Origin: a virus
Virus record (IMG/VR): IMGVR_UViG_3300009374_000001
Coordinates: 1 to 64,000 of that record
Strand: one strand, 5' to 3'
DNA length: 64,000 nucleotides
The notes below the pieces were generated by a model. The model had not been told where the DNA came from. It saw only the letters and a program-made list of their open reading frames with translations, and did not search any database. The position numbers were made by a program, and so were the translations under genes. Below are positions 40,897 through 49,805 of the stretch, piece after piece (position 1 is the stretch's first letter; every line of letters starts with the position of its first letter).

Positions 40897-42396
40897 ATGA
40901 AATTATCACTAAACGGAAATAAAAAGATTCTAATAGTTAGCGATGCTACTGAACAAGAACTCGAACAGCTTAATGTATCTTTAACTAAAAGAATTGAAAG
41001 TTGGAGATTTAATCCTCTTGTTAAGAAGGGAGTATGGGACGGTTATGTAAGCTATTTTAAAAATGATAAATACATTCCAGCTGGCTTATGGAAAGAAGTT
41101 CTAGATATTGCAAAGAAGTTTAAGCTTAATATAGAATTTGATGACTCAATTAATAAGTTATTTGATAGAAACATTAAATATGAAGATTTTGAAATATGGG
41201 TAATTACTTTACTTAAAGAAAGCAATTTAACTCCGCGAGATTATCAGATAGAAGCTGCATTTAATATATTAAAGTATAGGAAGTGTCTTACTGAGATGGC
41301 TACCTCATCTGGAAAAACATTAGTTGCTTATTTAGTTATTGCGTATTTGCTAGAATTTGAGAAAACTAAAAAGATTTTATATGTAGTCCCGAACGTTAGC
41401 TTAGTTATTCAGGCATCAGAAGATTTTTATGAATATAGTGATAACAGCCAGATAGATTTAGAAATACAGCAAATTTATTCAGGTAAAAAGATAAAAGACA
41501 ATTGCAATGTAGTAGTTGGCACATATCAAAGTTTAACTAAAAAGTCTAAAGAGTATTTTGATGTATTTAACGCTGTAATAGTAGATGAAACACACAAAGC
41601 AAAGGCAATTTCGATTAAAAAGATTTTAGAAAAATGCACGTGTGATTATTCTATTGGGCTAAGCGGGACGATCCCTAAGCCAGGGACTTTAGATAGACTT
41701 ACTCTTATGAGCGGTGCTGGACCTGTCGTAACAGATATTGACACAAAGACATTGCAAGATTCTGGGTATGTTTCTAAATGCAAAGTATCTGTATTAGATT
41801 TAAATTATGCACCTCAAAAAACAAGAGATTCATTTGAATCTTTGCAAAAATCTGGATATGATAGTAAAAAAGTATTTGAACTTGAAAAGAATTATGTAAT
41901 ACAATCTAATACGAGGCTAGATTTTGTCACAGATGTTATAAGCAAAGTGACAAAAAATACGTTAGTGCTATTTCATAGAATTGAATATGGGAAAACACTA
42001 TATAAAGAACTTAGAAAATTAAATGATAAAGCAATTTATTATGTCGATGGATCTGTTGATGCAGATATTCGAGAAACATATAAAGAAAAAATGGAACACG
42101 GGGATGACGTCATATTAATAGCAAGCTTTGGCACATTCAGCACTGGAATTTCAGTTAAAAACATACATAATATTTTCTTTACAGAATCGTTCAAGTCAGA
42201 AGTCATAATAAGACAGAGTATAGGGAGAGGGTTAAGATTAAGAAAAGGAAAAGACATGTTAAATATAATTGATTTTGTAGATAATTTTTCTACGCTTAAT
42301 TGGCAGAATCATTTATATAGACATGGCATAGCAAGACAAAAAATATATAAAGAGCAACATTTTCCATTTACTGTTAAAAAGATAAAATTAGCTTAA
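40897..42396 (+). CDS. uvsW: SF2 DNA helicase UvsW-like
   Basis: PRDYQ, ATSSGKT, VDETH, GLSGT, FSTGISVKN, QSIGRGLR. Confidence 0.92.
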   Translation: MKLSLNGNKKILIVSDATEQELEQLNVSLTKRIESWRFNPLVKKGVWDGYVSYFKNDKYIPAGLWKEVLDIAKKFKLNIEFDDSINKLFDRNIKYEDFEIWVITLLKESNLTPRDYQIEAAFNILKYRKCLTEMATSSGKTLVAYLVIAYLLEFEKTKKILYVVPNVSLVIQASEDFYEYSDNSQIDLEIQQIYSGKKIKDNCNVVVGTYQSLTKKSKEYFDVFNAVIVDETHKAKAISIKKILEKCTCDYSIGLSGTIPKPGTLDRLTLMSGAGPVVTDIDTKTLQDSGYVSKCKVSVLDLNYAPQKTRDSFESLQKSGYDSKKVFELEKNYVIQSNTRLDFVTDVISKVTKNTLVLFHRIEYGKTLYKELRKLNDKAIYYVDGSVDADIRETYKEKMEHGDDVILIASFGTFSTGISVKNIHNIFFTESFKSEVIIRQSIGRGLRLRKGKDMLNIIDFVDNFSTLNWQNHLYRHGIARQKIYKEQHFPFTVKKIKLA

Positions 42397-42428
42397 ATAT
42401 ATAATAAAACAAAAAAACAAAACACATT

Positions 42429-42764
42429 ATGAAAAACATAAAATCATTTCAAAGTTTTAGTGACTTTCGCAAGGAAGCTGTTATTAAACAAGTAACTGAA
42501 GAAAAATCTGCACTACAACAAGAATATGCAGATTTCTTTAAAGACCTTCTGAAAAAGTATGACGTAGGCTCTCCTGCTGAATTATCTGATGAAGATAAGT
42601 CAAAATTCTTTGATGAAGTTTCTACTGGCTGGGATAAAGGCGAAGGTAAGAATGCTAAAGGTGAAGAATCAGTTGAAGATGTTGAAGAATCAGTTGAAGA
42701 ATCAGTTGAAGATGCTGAAGAATCACTTGAAGAAGAATTAGATATTGAAATAACTGAAGAGTAA
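42429..42764 (+). CDS. small acidic putative prohead-core/internal protein
   Basis: Leader MKNIKSFQSF; tail EESVEDVEESVEESVEDAEESLEEELDIEITEE. Confidence 0.6.
   Translation: MKNIKSFQSFSDFRKEAVIKQVTEEKSALQQEYADFFKDLLKKYDVGSPAELSDEDKSKFFDEVSTGWDKGEGKNAKGEESVEDVEESVEESVEDAEESLEEELDIEITEE
42663..42735 (+). repeat. coding 9/12-bp repeats (gaagaatcagtt)
   Basis: Repeated gaagaatcagtt and gaagatgtt units. Confidence 0.8.
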
Positions 42765-42768
42765 TATA

Positions 42769-44058
42769 ATGAGGCTTCATTCATTTAAAGATTTTGTAAA
42801 TGAATCTATGTCTAATTTATTAATTGAAGGTGGATCATTTGGCCATCTTCAGCACCCATTTGAAGATTTAACATTATCATTTACAGAGATAAAAGAACTT
42901 ATTGAACTTTCTTTAGATATTGGATTTAGAAGGGAGAACATGGTTTCTGAGAAAACAGATGGCATTCAACTTTCTATTACATGGAAGAATGATGAGATAA
43001 GATTTGCAAAACAGGTTCACACAAAGAAGAATCAGGCAGAGAAAGCTTGGTTTCTTTCTGATGTTAAAGAGCAATGGAAAGCTGTAGCTGATGTGATGTA
43101 TTTAGCAGGCTCGGATTTAAGTGCTGCTCTTTCTGCATTACCTAAGAAATTACTATTAGAAGTATTTGGTGAAGGCAGGAGATTTCTTTCATTAGAAGTT
43201 ATTCATCCGAAGTCATCCAACACAGTTTATTATGGAAGCCCTTTATTAGTATTTCATGGCTTAATAGAATATGATGATAATGGTAAACAAGCCTCTGAGA
43301 TGGATTCTAAGATTACTAAGATGCTTGAGAAAGAACTTGTTAAAGTTAATGCAAATAAACAATCATCGTTTTCTTTACAAGCTCCTAATTTTATTACACT
43401 AGTTAAGTCTGACAAGTTTCCAAAGATAGCAAATACGTTAAAGAGTAACGTGAATAAAATTATAAAAGAAGCTGGGCTTAAAGACAGCGATACTATAGGT
43501 GATTTGCTATATTATTCGTTCGGTGAAAAGATTAAGTCTTGGGCAAATTCATTTAATTATGAAATATCTATAGATGAAATTAATCTACTTTCGCAAAGAT
43601 TTGCTGAACAAAAAGGTTCATACTTTACAGTTAGAGACATGAAGAAAATTGAAAATGAAAAGTTTCAAGAGTGGGTGATTGGCTATTCAGCAAAAGCTGG
43701 CGGATGGAAGGCAGATTGGAAAGATTTTGTTCAGCCAATAGAAACTGTCTTTCTTAAGGTAGGTACAGAAGTAATGCAGCAAATGAGTTCTTATTTAGCA
43801 ACTGATTTAGATGGAAGTAGCGAAGTAATGAGAAAACAATTAGAGGATGCAATTAATGTTATAAACGCGTCTGATAATGCTACAGCTATTAAAAAAGTTG
43901 AAAGTGAAATGAAAAGAATTGAAAACGCGGGTGGCTTAAACAAATTAGTTGCAAGTGAAGGTATAGTTTTTAACTTTAAGGGAAAGCTTTATAAGTTTAC
44001 TGGTCTTTTTGCTCCAATACATCAAATTGTTTCAATCATAAAATTTGGAAAGTTATAA
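42769..44058 (+). CDS. ATP-dependent ligase-fold nucleotidyltransferase (RNA-ligase-like)
   Basis: Motif I EKTDG, III LEVI, IIIa LVFHG, IV EGIVF, V YKF; N-terminal GHLQHPFED. Confidence 0.65.
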   Translation: MRLHSFKDFVNESMSNLLIEGGSFGHLQHPFEDLTLSFTEIKELIELSLDIGFRRENMVSEKTDGIQLSITWKNDEIRFAKQVHTKKNQAEKAWFLSDVKEQWKAVADVMYLAGSDLSAALSALPKKLLLEVFGEGRRFLSLEVIHPKSSNTVYYGSPLLVFHGLIEYDDNGKQASEMDSKITKMLEKELVKVNANKQSSFSLQAPNFITLVKSDKFPKIANTLKSNVNKIIKEAGLKDSDTIGDLLYYSFGEKIKSWANSFNYEISIDEINLLSQRFAEQKGSYFTVRDMKKIENEKFQEWVIGYSAKAGGWKADWKDFVQPIETVFLKVGTEVMQQMSSYLATDLDGSSEVMRKQLEDAINVINASDNATAIKKVESEMKRIENAGGLNKLVASEGIVFNFKGKLYKFTGLFAPIHQIVSIIKFGKL

Positions 44059-44454
44059 ATGGGTATTATTAAAACGTTTGAGAACTTTATTAATGAAAGA
44101 ATAGATTATCTTGAAGTTGCAAGTTCTCTTATTAAGCACTATGGCTTTAATACTAAAGTAAAGTTTGTTAAAAATTTAAAAAATAAAGCTGAATATGATT
44201 GGGATAGTGACACAATAAGATTAAGAACTTCATATAAAACAGAGAAAGATTTTCTTATTACTGTTTTACATGAAATTAATCATGTCAGGGGTGTATATGA
44301 AATGGGTGTTAAGAAATATAAAGATGAATATAAGCATGCAGGTGACATTGCTTTAGCTAATAACGGAGATTTTTATAAAGATAACAGCTTTGAAATAAAG
44401 GCTGAAGATTGGGCACAAAGAGAAGTGAAAAAATGGATAAATAAAATAAAATAA
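44059..44454 (+). CDS. zincin metallopeptidase (HEXXH)
   Basis: TVLHEINH..NSFEIKA. Confidence 0.7.
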   Translation: MGIIKTFENFINERIDYLEVASSLIKHYGFNTKVKFVKNLKNKAEYDWDSDTIRLRTSYKTEKDFLITVLHEINHVRGVYEMGVKKYKDEYKHAGDIALANNGDFYKDNSFEIKAEDWAQREVKKWINKIK

Positions 44455-44458
44455 TAAG

Positions 44459-44728
44459 ATGAAACAATCAGAATTAAGAAAACTAATTAGATTAACAATT
44501 AAAGAGCATATGAATGAAGATTCTTCTGGATCATTTCGGTCTAAGAAGCAAGTAGAACGGTTGACAAAGGGCAAATCTATTCGAGAAACATTTGTAAACC
44601 CATCGGTTGAATATAACGTTACTAACGATGGCGGTATTGTAATTTTTGGTAAAAGAGAAAAAGTTCATTTTACAAAGCAAGACGTTGAAGCTTTAGTAAA
44701 ACAACTTAAAAGAAAAGGGATTGCTTAA
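44459..44728 (+). CDS. hypothetical protein with 'ELRKLIR' leader
   Basis: MKQSELRKLIRLTIKEHMNE. Confidence 0.6.
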   Translation: MKQSELRKLIRLTIKEHMNEDSSGSFRSKKQVERLTKGKSIRETFVNPSVEYNVTNDGGIVIFGKREKVHFTKQDVEALVKQLKRKGIA

Positions 44729-45315
44729 TGATTTTAGAGTTTAAACAATTCGTAGAGTCTATCCAGTCTGAACATACCGGAGAGAAGGTAATTATATTCC
44801 CTGGGAGATTTCAGCCATTTCATAATGGGCATCTTAAAGCATTTGAAAAAGCTTATAAAATGTTCAAGTTAAGAGTTATACCTATACAAATAGTTAGTAA
44901 GAATAAGAACTCTCCAATTAAAGACAAAAAGCTCTTACAAGATATGGGTAATGCATTAGCAAAAGAGAATAAGAAGTTTATTGCAGATATACTGGTAAAG
45001 CCTGACAATGTTATGGGAAATATACCGCAAATGATTAAATGGCTTAGAAGCATTGGTTATAATCCAATGGGCATGGGAACTGGTGAAGATAGATATAAAG
45101 GCTATAAAGGCCAAATTGATTATCTTTTATCAGATAAGTCAGATGTGCCTACAGAAGAATTTGAATTAAAGGTAGTAGATGATAGAACAAGTGGTGCAAG
45201 TGGAACCGCAGTAAGACATGCATTTCAAGATGATGACGCAGATGCACTTAAAGCGATGATTCCAGAGGTACTATTCTTTAAATTTTATAATAAAATAAAA
45301 AAAGCAATACAATGA
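44728..45315 (+). CDS. HIGH-superfamily nucleotidyltransferase (cytidylyltransferase/NMNAT-like)
   Basis: FPGRFQPFHNGH, GEDR and SGTAVR motifs. Confidence 0.85.
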   Translation: MILEFKQFVESIQSEHTGEKVIIFPGRFQPFHNGHLKAFEKAYKMFKLRVIPIQIVSKNKNSPIKDKKLLQDMGNALAKENKKFIADILVKPDNVMGNIPQMIKWLRSIGYNPMGMGTGEDRYKGYKGQIDYLLSDKSDVPTEEFELKVVDDRTSGASGTAVRHAFQDDDADALKAMIPEVLFFKFYNKIKKAIQ

Positions 45316-46319
45316 AGATAACAGAACAGAAATTGAGAAAACTTATACAAGAAAACATTAAGACCCTTACTGAAAAACTTAAAAGATCATCTAGTGAATA
45401 TGATAAATTTGAACAATGGCTAATCACTCTTGATCAAATGACAGTTGGTCATATACTTGACACGTTTGGGACAAAGTTACCAGACGGAGCAGATTTTGAT
45501 ACACCAGGCTATTTCCAAGATGAAGAACTTGACTACGACGATGCTTACGATTTCTTTAGGAGTAACATGGGTGCATCTTGGGTTCAAGATATGGAAAAGT
45601 TTTATAGCAAAAATAAATCTAAATGCGATAAATACACAGAAAGATATACAAAGCAACTTAAAATCTTTAACGAAAATCATTTAAATGAAAAAGACGTATG
45701 GTCTATTAAAGGCTTAGACTCTTCAGATCAACAGGATGTTAATTTAATGAAGCGCGCATTTGAACTTGCAAAAGTTAAAATTATAAAGATAGAAAAATAT
45801 AACGATAGAGCTTACTTTATTACTTTAATTGCAAAAGATGGCAAAGCCATTATTGATACAGAGATTGATACTTTAAGTAATGTCTTTTATATGAATGATA
45901 ATAGAGGCAGAAATAAAATCGGCACACTGCATAGAACAAGTGAAGTTGTTAAGGGTATTAAAGCTCTTGCAAAACTTCCAGGATTTGGACAAACAAGCTT
46001 AGTTAAAGTTAAAGAGTCTTTGGACGAAACATATAAGCTTCGCAAAATTATTAGAAAAGAACTTCAAACTTTGAATGAAGCTAAGATGAGCAAGAAAGAA
46101 TATCAAGAAGCAGCAAAAGAATTTGTTAATCAATGGGAAGATGATTTTAAACAAAGAATCAAAGATGACGGCGGATTTGATTATGAAGAAATGACATATG
46201 ACACTGCTCAAGCTAATAACTTATGGAACGATGGACCTAAGATGGACGCAGATTGGTTATATGACTATATAGAAAAAGAATTAGAAAAGCGACAGTGGTA
46301 TAAAAAATACACAAAATAA
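45312..46319 (+). CDS. modular hypothetical protein with two 'LRKxIxE' leader copies
   Basis: MKITEQKLRKLIQE..LTE; internal HLNE; YKLRKIIRKELQTLNE. Confidence 0.65.
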   Translation: MKITEQKLRKLIQENIKTLTEKLKRSSSEYDKFEQWLITLDQMTVGHILDTFGTKLPDGADFDTPGYFQDEELDYDDAYDFFRSNMGASWVQDMEKFYSKNKSKCDKYTERYTKQLKIFNENHLNEKDVWSIKGLDSSDQQDVNLMKRAFELAKVKIIKIEKYNDRAYFITLIAKDGKAIIDTEIDTLSNVFYMNDNRGRNKIGTLHRTSEVVKGIKALAKLPGFGQTSLVKVKESLDETYKLRKIIRKELQTLNEAKMSKKEYQEAAKEFVNQWEDDFKQRIKDDGGFDYEEMTYDTAQANNLWNDGPKMDADWLYDYIEKELEKRQWYKKYTK

Positions 46320-46329
46320 AAATAATACA

Positions 46330-46557
46330 GTGAAAGAGCAAGAATTAAGAAAACTTATTAGAAAAGAGCTTAACGAACGTATTTCTGGTTATGATGAATT
46401 TGATGTAGCAGTTAAAATTGATTCTGCTATGGAAAAGCTTGACAAAAATATGGGAGTTGAAGTATTTGCAAAGGGTATTGCTAATATGTTTAATGACGTA
46501 TATGGGAAAGAATATGCAAAAGATTTTTATGAAAATATTAACAAAAAATATCAATGA
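46330..46557 (+). CDS. small hypothetical protein with 'ELRKLIR' leader
   Basis: GTG start, MKEQELRKLIRKELNE. Confidence 0.65.
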   Translation: MKEQELRKLIRKELNERISGYDEFDVAVKIDSAMEKLDKNMGVEVFAKGIANMFNDVYGKEYAKDFYENINKKYQ

Positions 46558-47435
46558 TTAAAACTTTTAAAGAGTTCTTGAAGCTTTATGAAAGCGGTAA
46601 TGCTATTGATGACGTAAGACCTATTTTAGGTAGAGAGATACCTGAAACCTTAGAGCATGTAGAAAGGGATCTTTTAAATGCAGTAGGTTTAGATGGTTTT
46701 GATATAGATGCAGCAGTTATAGGTTCAGCTGGAAAGAAAGGCGATGATATAGAATCAGGAGATATTGATATTGCGGTAAGTATTGATAAACTTGCAGGTG
46801 AAAACTCAACTTCTATCAATGAAGTATTAAAGTTTTTAAATATGACTTTAAAAGCTGCAGGTTATGATACTGCAGTTAATTATGGATTCAAACAAGTTTC
46901 AGTGCCATTTCCTATTAAAGGAGATAAAGCCAATGGATATTGTCAAGTTGACTTAATGCTTTCGGATAGCTTAGAATGGTCAAAATTTATGTATCATAGT
47001 CCAGATTTTACCAAGACAGAGTCAAGATATAAAGGTGCATACAGAAACTTATTAATGATGGCAATTGCAACAGAGTCTAAAAAAGAAGCCACTAAGAAAC
47101 TAGACACTGGAGAAACCGTTGAATATGAGCAGTTAGTCATTAGATTAAATACAGGTCTTGTTAAAGTTAGAAAGTCTTTACAGGGTAAACGTGGCTTGGT
47201 TAAAACACCTAAACTTTTAAAAGATTTTGATAGAGTTGTAAGCAATGTTCCAGATGAAGTAGCTGAAGCTTTATTTGGTGAAGGCGTTAAAGCTAAAGAT
47301 ATAATGACATTTGAAAAATGCTGGGATCTTTTTAATTCAAAAACATTTCCATATAAAAATAAAGAAGATATTATTATACAAAAATTTGAAATATATTTAA
47401 GTAAATCAAAGTTACCATTCCCTGAGGAACTATAA
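46554..47435 (+). CDS. pol-beta superfamily nucleotidyltransferase
   Basis: IGSAGKK..SGDIDIAV..QVDLM (GS, DxD and third Asp). Confidence 0.8.
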   Translation: MIKTFKEFLKLYESGNAIDDVRPILGREIPETLEHVERDLLNAVGLDGFDIDAAVIGSAGKKGDDIESGDIDIAVSIDKLAGENSTSINEVLKFLNMTLKAAGYDTAVNYGFKQVSVPFPIKGDKANGYCQVDLMLSDSLEWSKFMYHSPDFTKTESRYKGAYRNLLMMAIATESKKEATKKLDTGETVEYEQLVIRLNTGLVKVRKSLQGKRGLVKTPKLLKDFDRVVSNVPDEVAEALFGEGVKAKDIMTFEKCWDLFNSKTFPYKNKEDIIIQKFEIYLSKSKLPFPEEL

Positions 47436-48337
47436 TGAAAATTGAATCATATTCAAATTATACAACTCTACAAGAGGCTAAGCTTTATGGCTTTACTATT
47501 AAACAACTGTTAAACAGTACCTTAAAATTTAAAGGTAAGACTCTAATTTATTTTGATACTGAAACACTAGGGCTTAAGCCTCATGTAGATTATATTCAGC
47601 TTACGCAAGTTGCAGCAATTGCGTATGATGGCTCAACTATGAAAGAACTTGATTCGTTTAACACTAAGGCTAAATTAGGAGACCCCGCAAAGCATTTATT
47701 AAAACCTGATTCTGATGAAAGAAAAGGATGGGAAGAAAGACAAAAGGCAAGAGGTAAAAGTAAAGGGTTAAGCAATCCTGATGAACTCTTAAAAATGACA
47801 AGATACGGCGATGAGGGTGTTGATTTTATAGAAGAGAAAAAATCAATAGAAGATTTTATTTCATTTATATCTAAGTTTAAAGATCCTATTTTAATTGCGC
47901 ACAATGCACCCTTTGATATGAAATTTATGCATGTAAGAGCTAAATTATTTGATTTAAAGTTCCCTAAAGCTGAAGTATTAGATACATTAAAATTGTCAAG
48001 ACTTTATTTTGTTCCTCTTTTACAAGCTGCTGAGAATAGCAAAGAGTTAGAAAGTATTTTAACAGCTTTATCTAATAAGTTAAAAACAGGAGAACGTGGA
48101 AACAAAGTTTCATCGACGCTTGGAAATTTAGGAAAGGCGTTAGGCGTAAGTGTTGATTCATGGCATGACGCAAAAGCTGATGTTGAGATGTTAATGCAAA
48201 TTGTTGAAAGAATGAAAGAATTCTTTACCCAATACATTGATATAGATATTAGTAAGGAGCATCAGCATGCTGCAAAACTCGATGCTCTTTCTAAAAAGCC
48301 TTGGTGGTGGTCTAAGAAAAAGAAATACAGGATATAA
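47435..48337 (+). CDS. DEDDh 3'-5' exonuclease (DnaQ/RNase T-like)
   Basis: FDTETLG, AHNAPFD, WHDAKADV. Confidence 0.9.
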   Translation: MKIESYSNYTTLQEAKLYGFTIKQLLNSTLKFKGKTLIYFDTETLGLKPHVDYIQLTQVAAIAYDGSTMKELDSFNTKAKLGDPAKHLLKPDSDERKGWEERQKARGKSKGLSNPDELLKMTRYGDEGVDFIEEKKSIEDFISFISKFKDPILIAHNAPFDMKFMHVRAKLFDLKFPKAEVLDTLKLSRLYFVPLLQAAENSKELESILTALSNKLKTGERGNKVSSTLGNLGKALGVSVDSWHDAKADVEMLMQIVERMKEFFTQYIDIDISKEHQHAAKLDALSKKPWWWSKKKKYRI

Positions 48338-48744
48338 TGAAAATTAAATCATATCCAAATTATATTACAGAAAATCCAGACAAGATCTATGTTGGTAAGG
48401 TAAATGAGTTTGATTATTTAAAATCAGAGCTTGATAATGCTAAGAAAGTTTTTAAAGAATTACAGAAGATGTACCCAGATATTCCAAAGTTTCCATTAGT
48501 CTTTAAAGATTTAAAGGGAAGAGGGAGTGGGTTTTTAACTACGACTAGATTAAGAGGCGGCAAGTTTATTTTTATAGATAAAATGACTATCGATAATACA
48601 GGTTTAACTAGTAACCCAGCGGACTATGCAGTGTGTCATGAATTTGCTCATGCAATTCTTGCACATACAAAGCAATCGCTTGCTCATAGTAAAGCACACG
48701 ACAAGCTTACATATAAACTTGCAAAAAAATTTAATTTAGTATGA
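48337..48744 (+). CDS. SprT-like zincin metallopeptidase
   Basis: VCHEFAH..AHSKAH. Confidence 0.7.
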   Translation: MKIKSYPNYITENPDKIYVGKVNEFDYLKSELDNAKKVFKELQKMYPDIPKFPLVFKDLKGRGSGFLTTTRLRGGKFIFIDKMTIDNTGLTSNPADYAVCHEFAHAILAHTKQSLAHSKAHDKLTYKLAKKFNLV

Positions 48745-49805
48745 AAATTAAATCATATACAAACTTCATTAATGAAGGTGGCTGGTCAAGTGCAAAGACA
48801 CAATCTACTGTATTAACCCCACATGTTTTAAAGCTTGCACATGAAACATTACAAAGTATTTTTAAAGAGTTTAATGCCTGGCTTGATAAAGAAGGAATGC
48901 CTCCGATGAAACCAATACGGGCAGTTGGCTCAGGCAGTTATTGGGAAGATGATTTAGTTAATCAACCAGATAAATTATATGGTGATATTGATTACTTATT
49001 TGAATATCCGATTTTAGAGTTTGATCCAAATCCTACAAATAATAGAAAAAATGAATTAGATACAATTAAGCTTTATAATGAAATGCTTTTAGATTGGATA
49101 AAGGCGTTTAAGCCAAATTCTGTTGATTATGAAGAGTCTGTTAAGATATCAAGCCCAACAAGTATTAAGCTTTTAATAATTCCAAAAGATGACATGTTTA
49201 TACAAGCAGACATTTTAATTACTAGTGGCATCTATAAAGATTGGGCGATAGGTAGATATACACCAGTAAAAGACATAAAAGGTTTTGTTATTGGCTATTT
49301 GTATAAAGCAATTGGCTTGACTTTAACCATGAGCTTTCTTGATAGAGGAGTAAGAGCAAAGTTTATTGATGGTAACTTAGTTAGTTTTAGAAAGAGAAAA
49401 AATGTCGAAGAGATGATTATTAGTTTAGACTTTGGCAACTTCTTATACGATATTGCTGAATGGGCAATGGAATTTGATGGTAAGAATAAAAAGAAGATGA
49501 AAGTACATAAGCTCCTAAAGCAGCAAAAAGGTTTAACAAGAGATAATGTTACACTTGAAAAATTCTGTGTAGGCATTAAGGGTCTTGCATATACATTAGA
49601 AATGAACGACTTATTACACATATTCTCTCTTTCAAGTGCAGATGACATGATAAACAAGACAGAAGAAAATTATATAAATTCAATATCTGATGTAAGGCAT
49701 AGCAGTAAGTTTAAGAAAGCTGAAACAGCTCATGCTAGGGCTGCTATGGAGAAGATATTTAAATTCATTGATTATGGAATAGAAACAGTAAGTAGAAGTT
49801 TATGA
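48741..49805 (+). CDS. pol-beta superfamily nucleotidyltransferase (second paralogue)
   Basis: VGSGSY..YGDIDYL..IQADIL. Confidence 0.75.
   Translation: MKIKSYTNFINEGGWSSAKTQSTVLTPHVLKLAHETLQSIFKEFNAWLDKEGMPPMKPIRAVGSGSYWEDDLVNQPDKLYGDIDYLFEYPILEFDPNPTNNRKNELDTIKLYNEMLLDWIKAFKPNSVDYEESVKISSPTSIKLLIIPKDDMFIQADILITSGIYKDWAIGRYTPVKDIKGFVIGYLYKAIGLTLTMSFLDRGVRAKFIDGNLVSFRKRKNVEEMIISLDFGNFLYDIAEWAMEFDGKNKKKMKVHKLLKQQKGLTRDNVTLEKFCVGIKGLAYTLEMNDLLHIFSLSSADDMINKTEENYINSISDVRHSSKFKKAETAHARAAMEKIFKFIDYGIETVSRSL

Noticed and set aside
44728-45315. Complete NAD+ reconstitution pathway
   Set aside because: No nicotinamide phosphoribosyltransferase or PRPP-synthetase-like partner in the window; substrate cannot be assigned from the motifs
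46554-49805. Calling the pol-beta NTases a CBASS system or definite CCA-adding enzymes
   Set aside because: Only the generic GS/DxD/D core is visible; no CBASS effector or Cap2/Cap3 genes and no class-specific motifs could be confirmed
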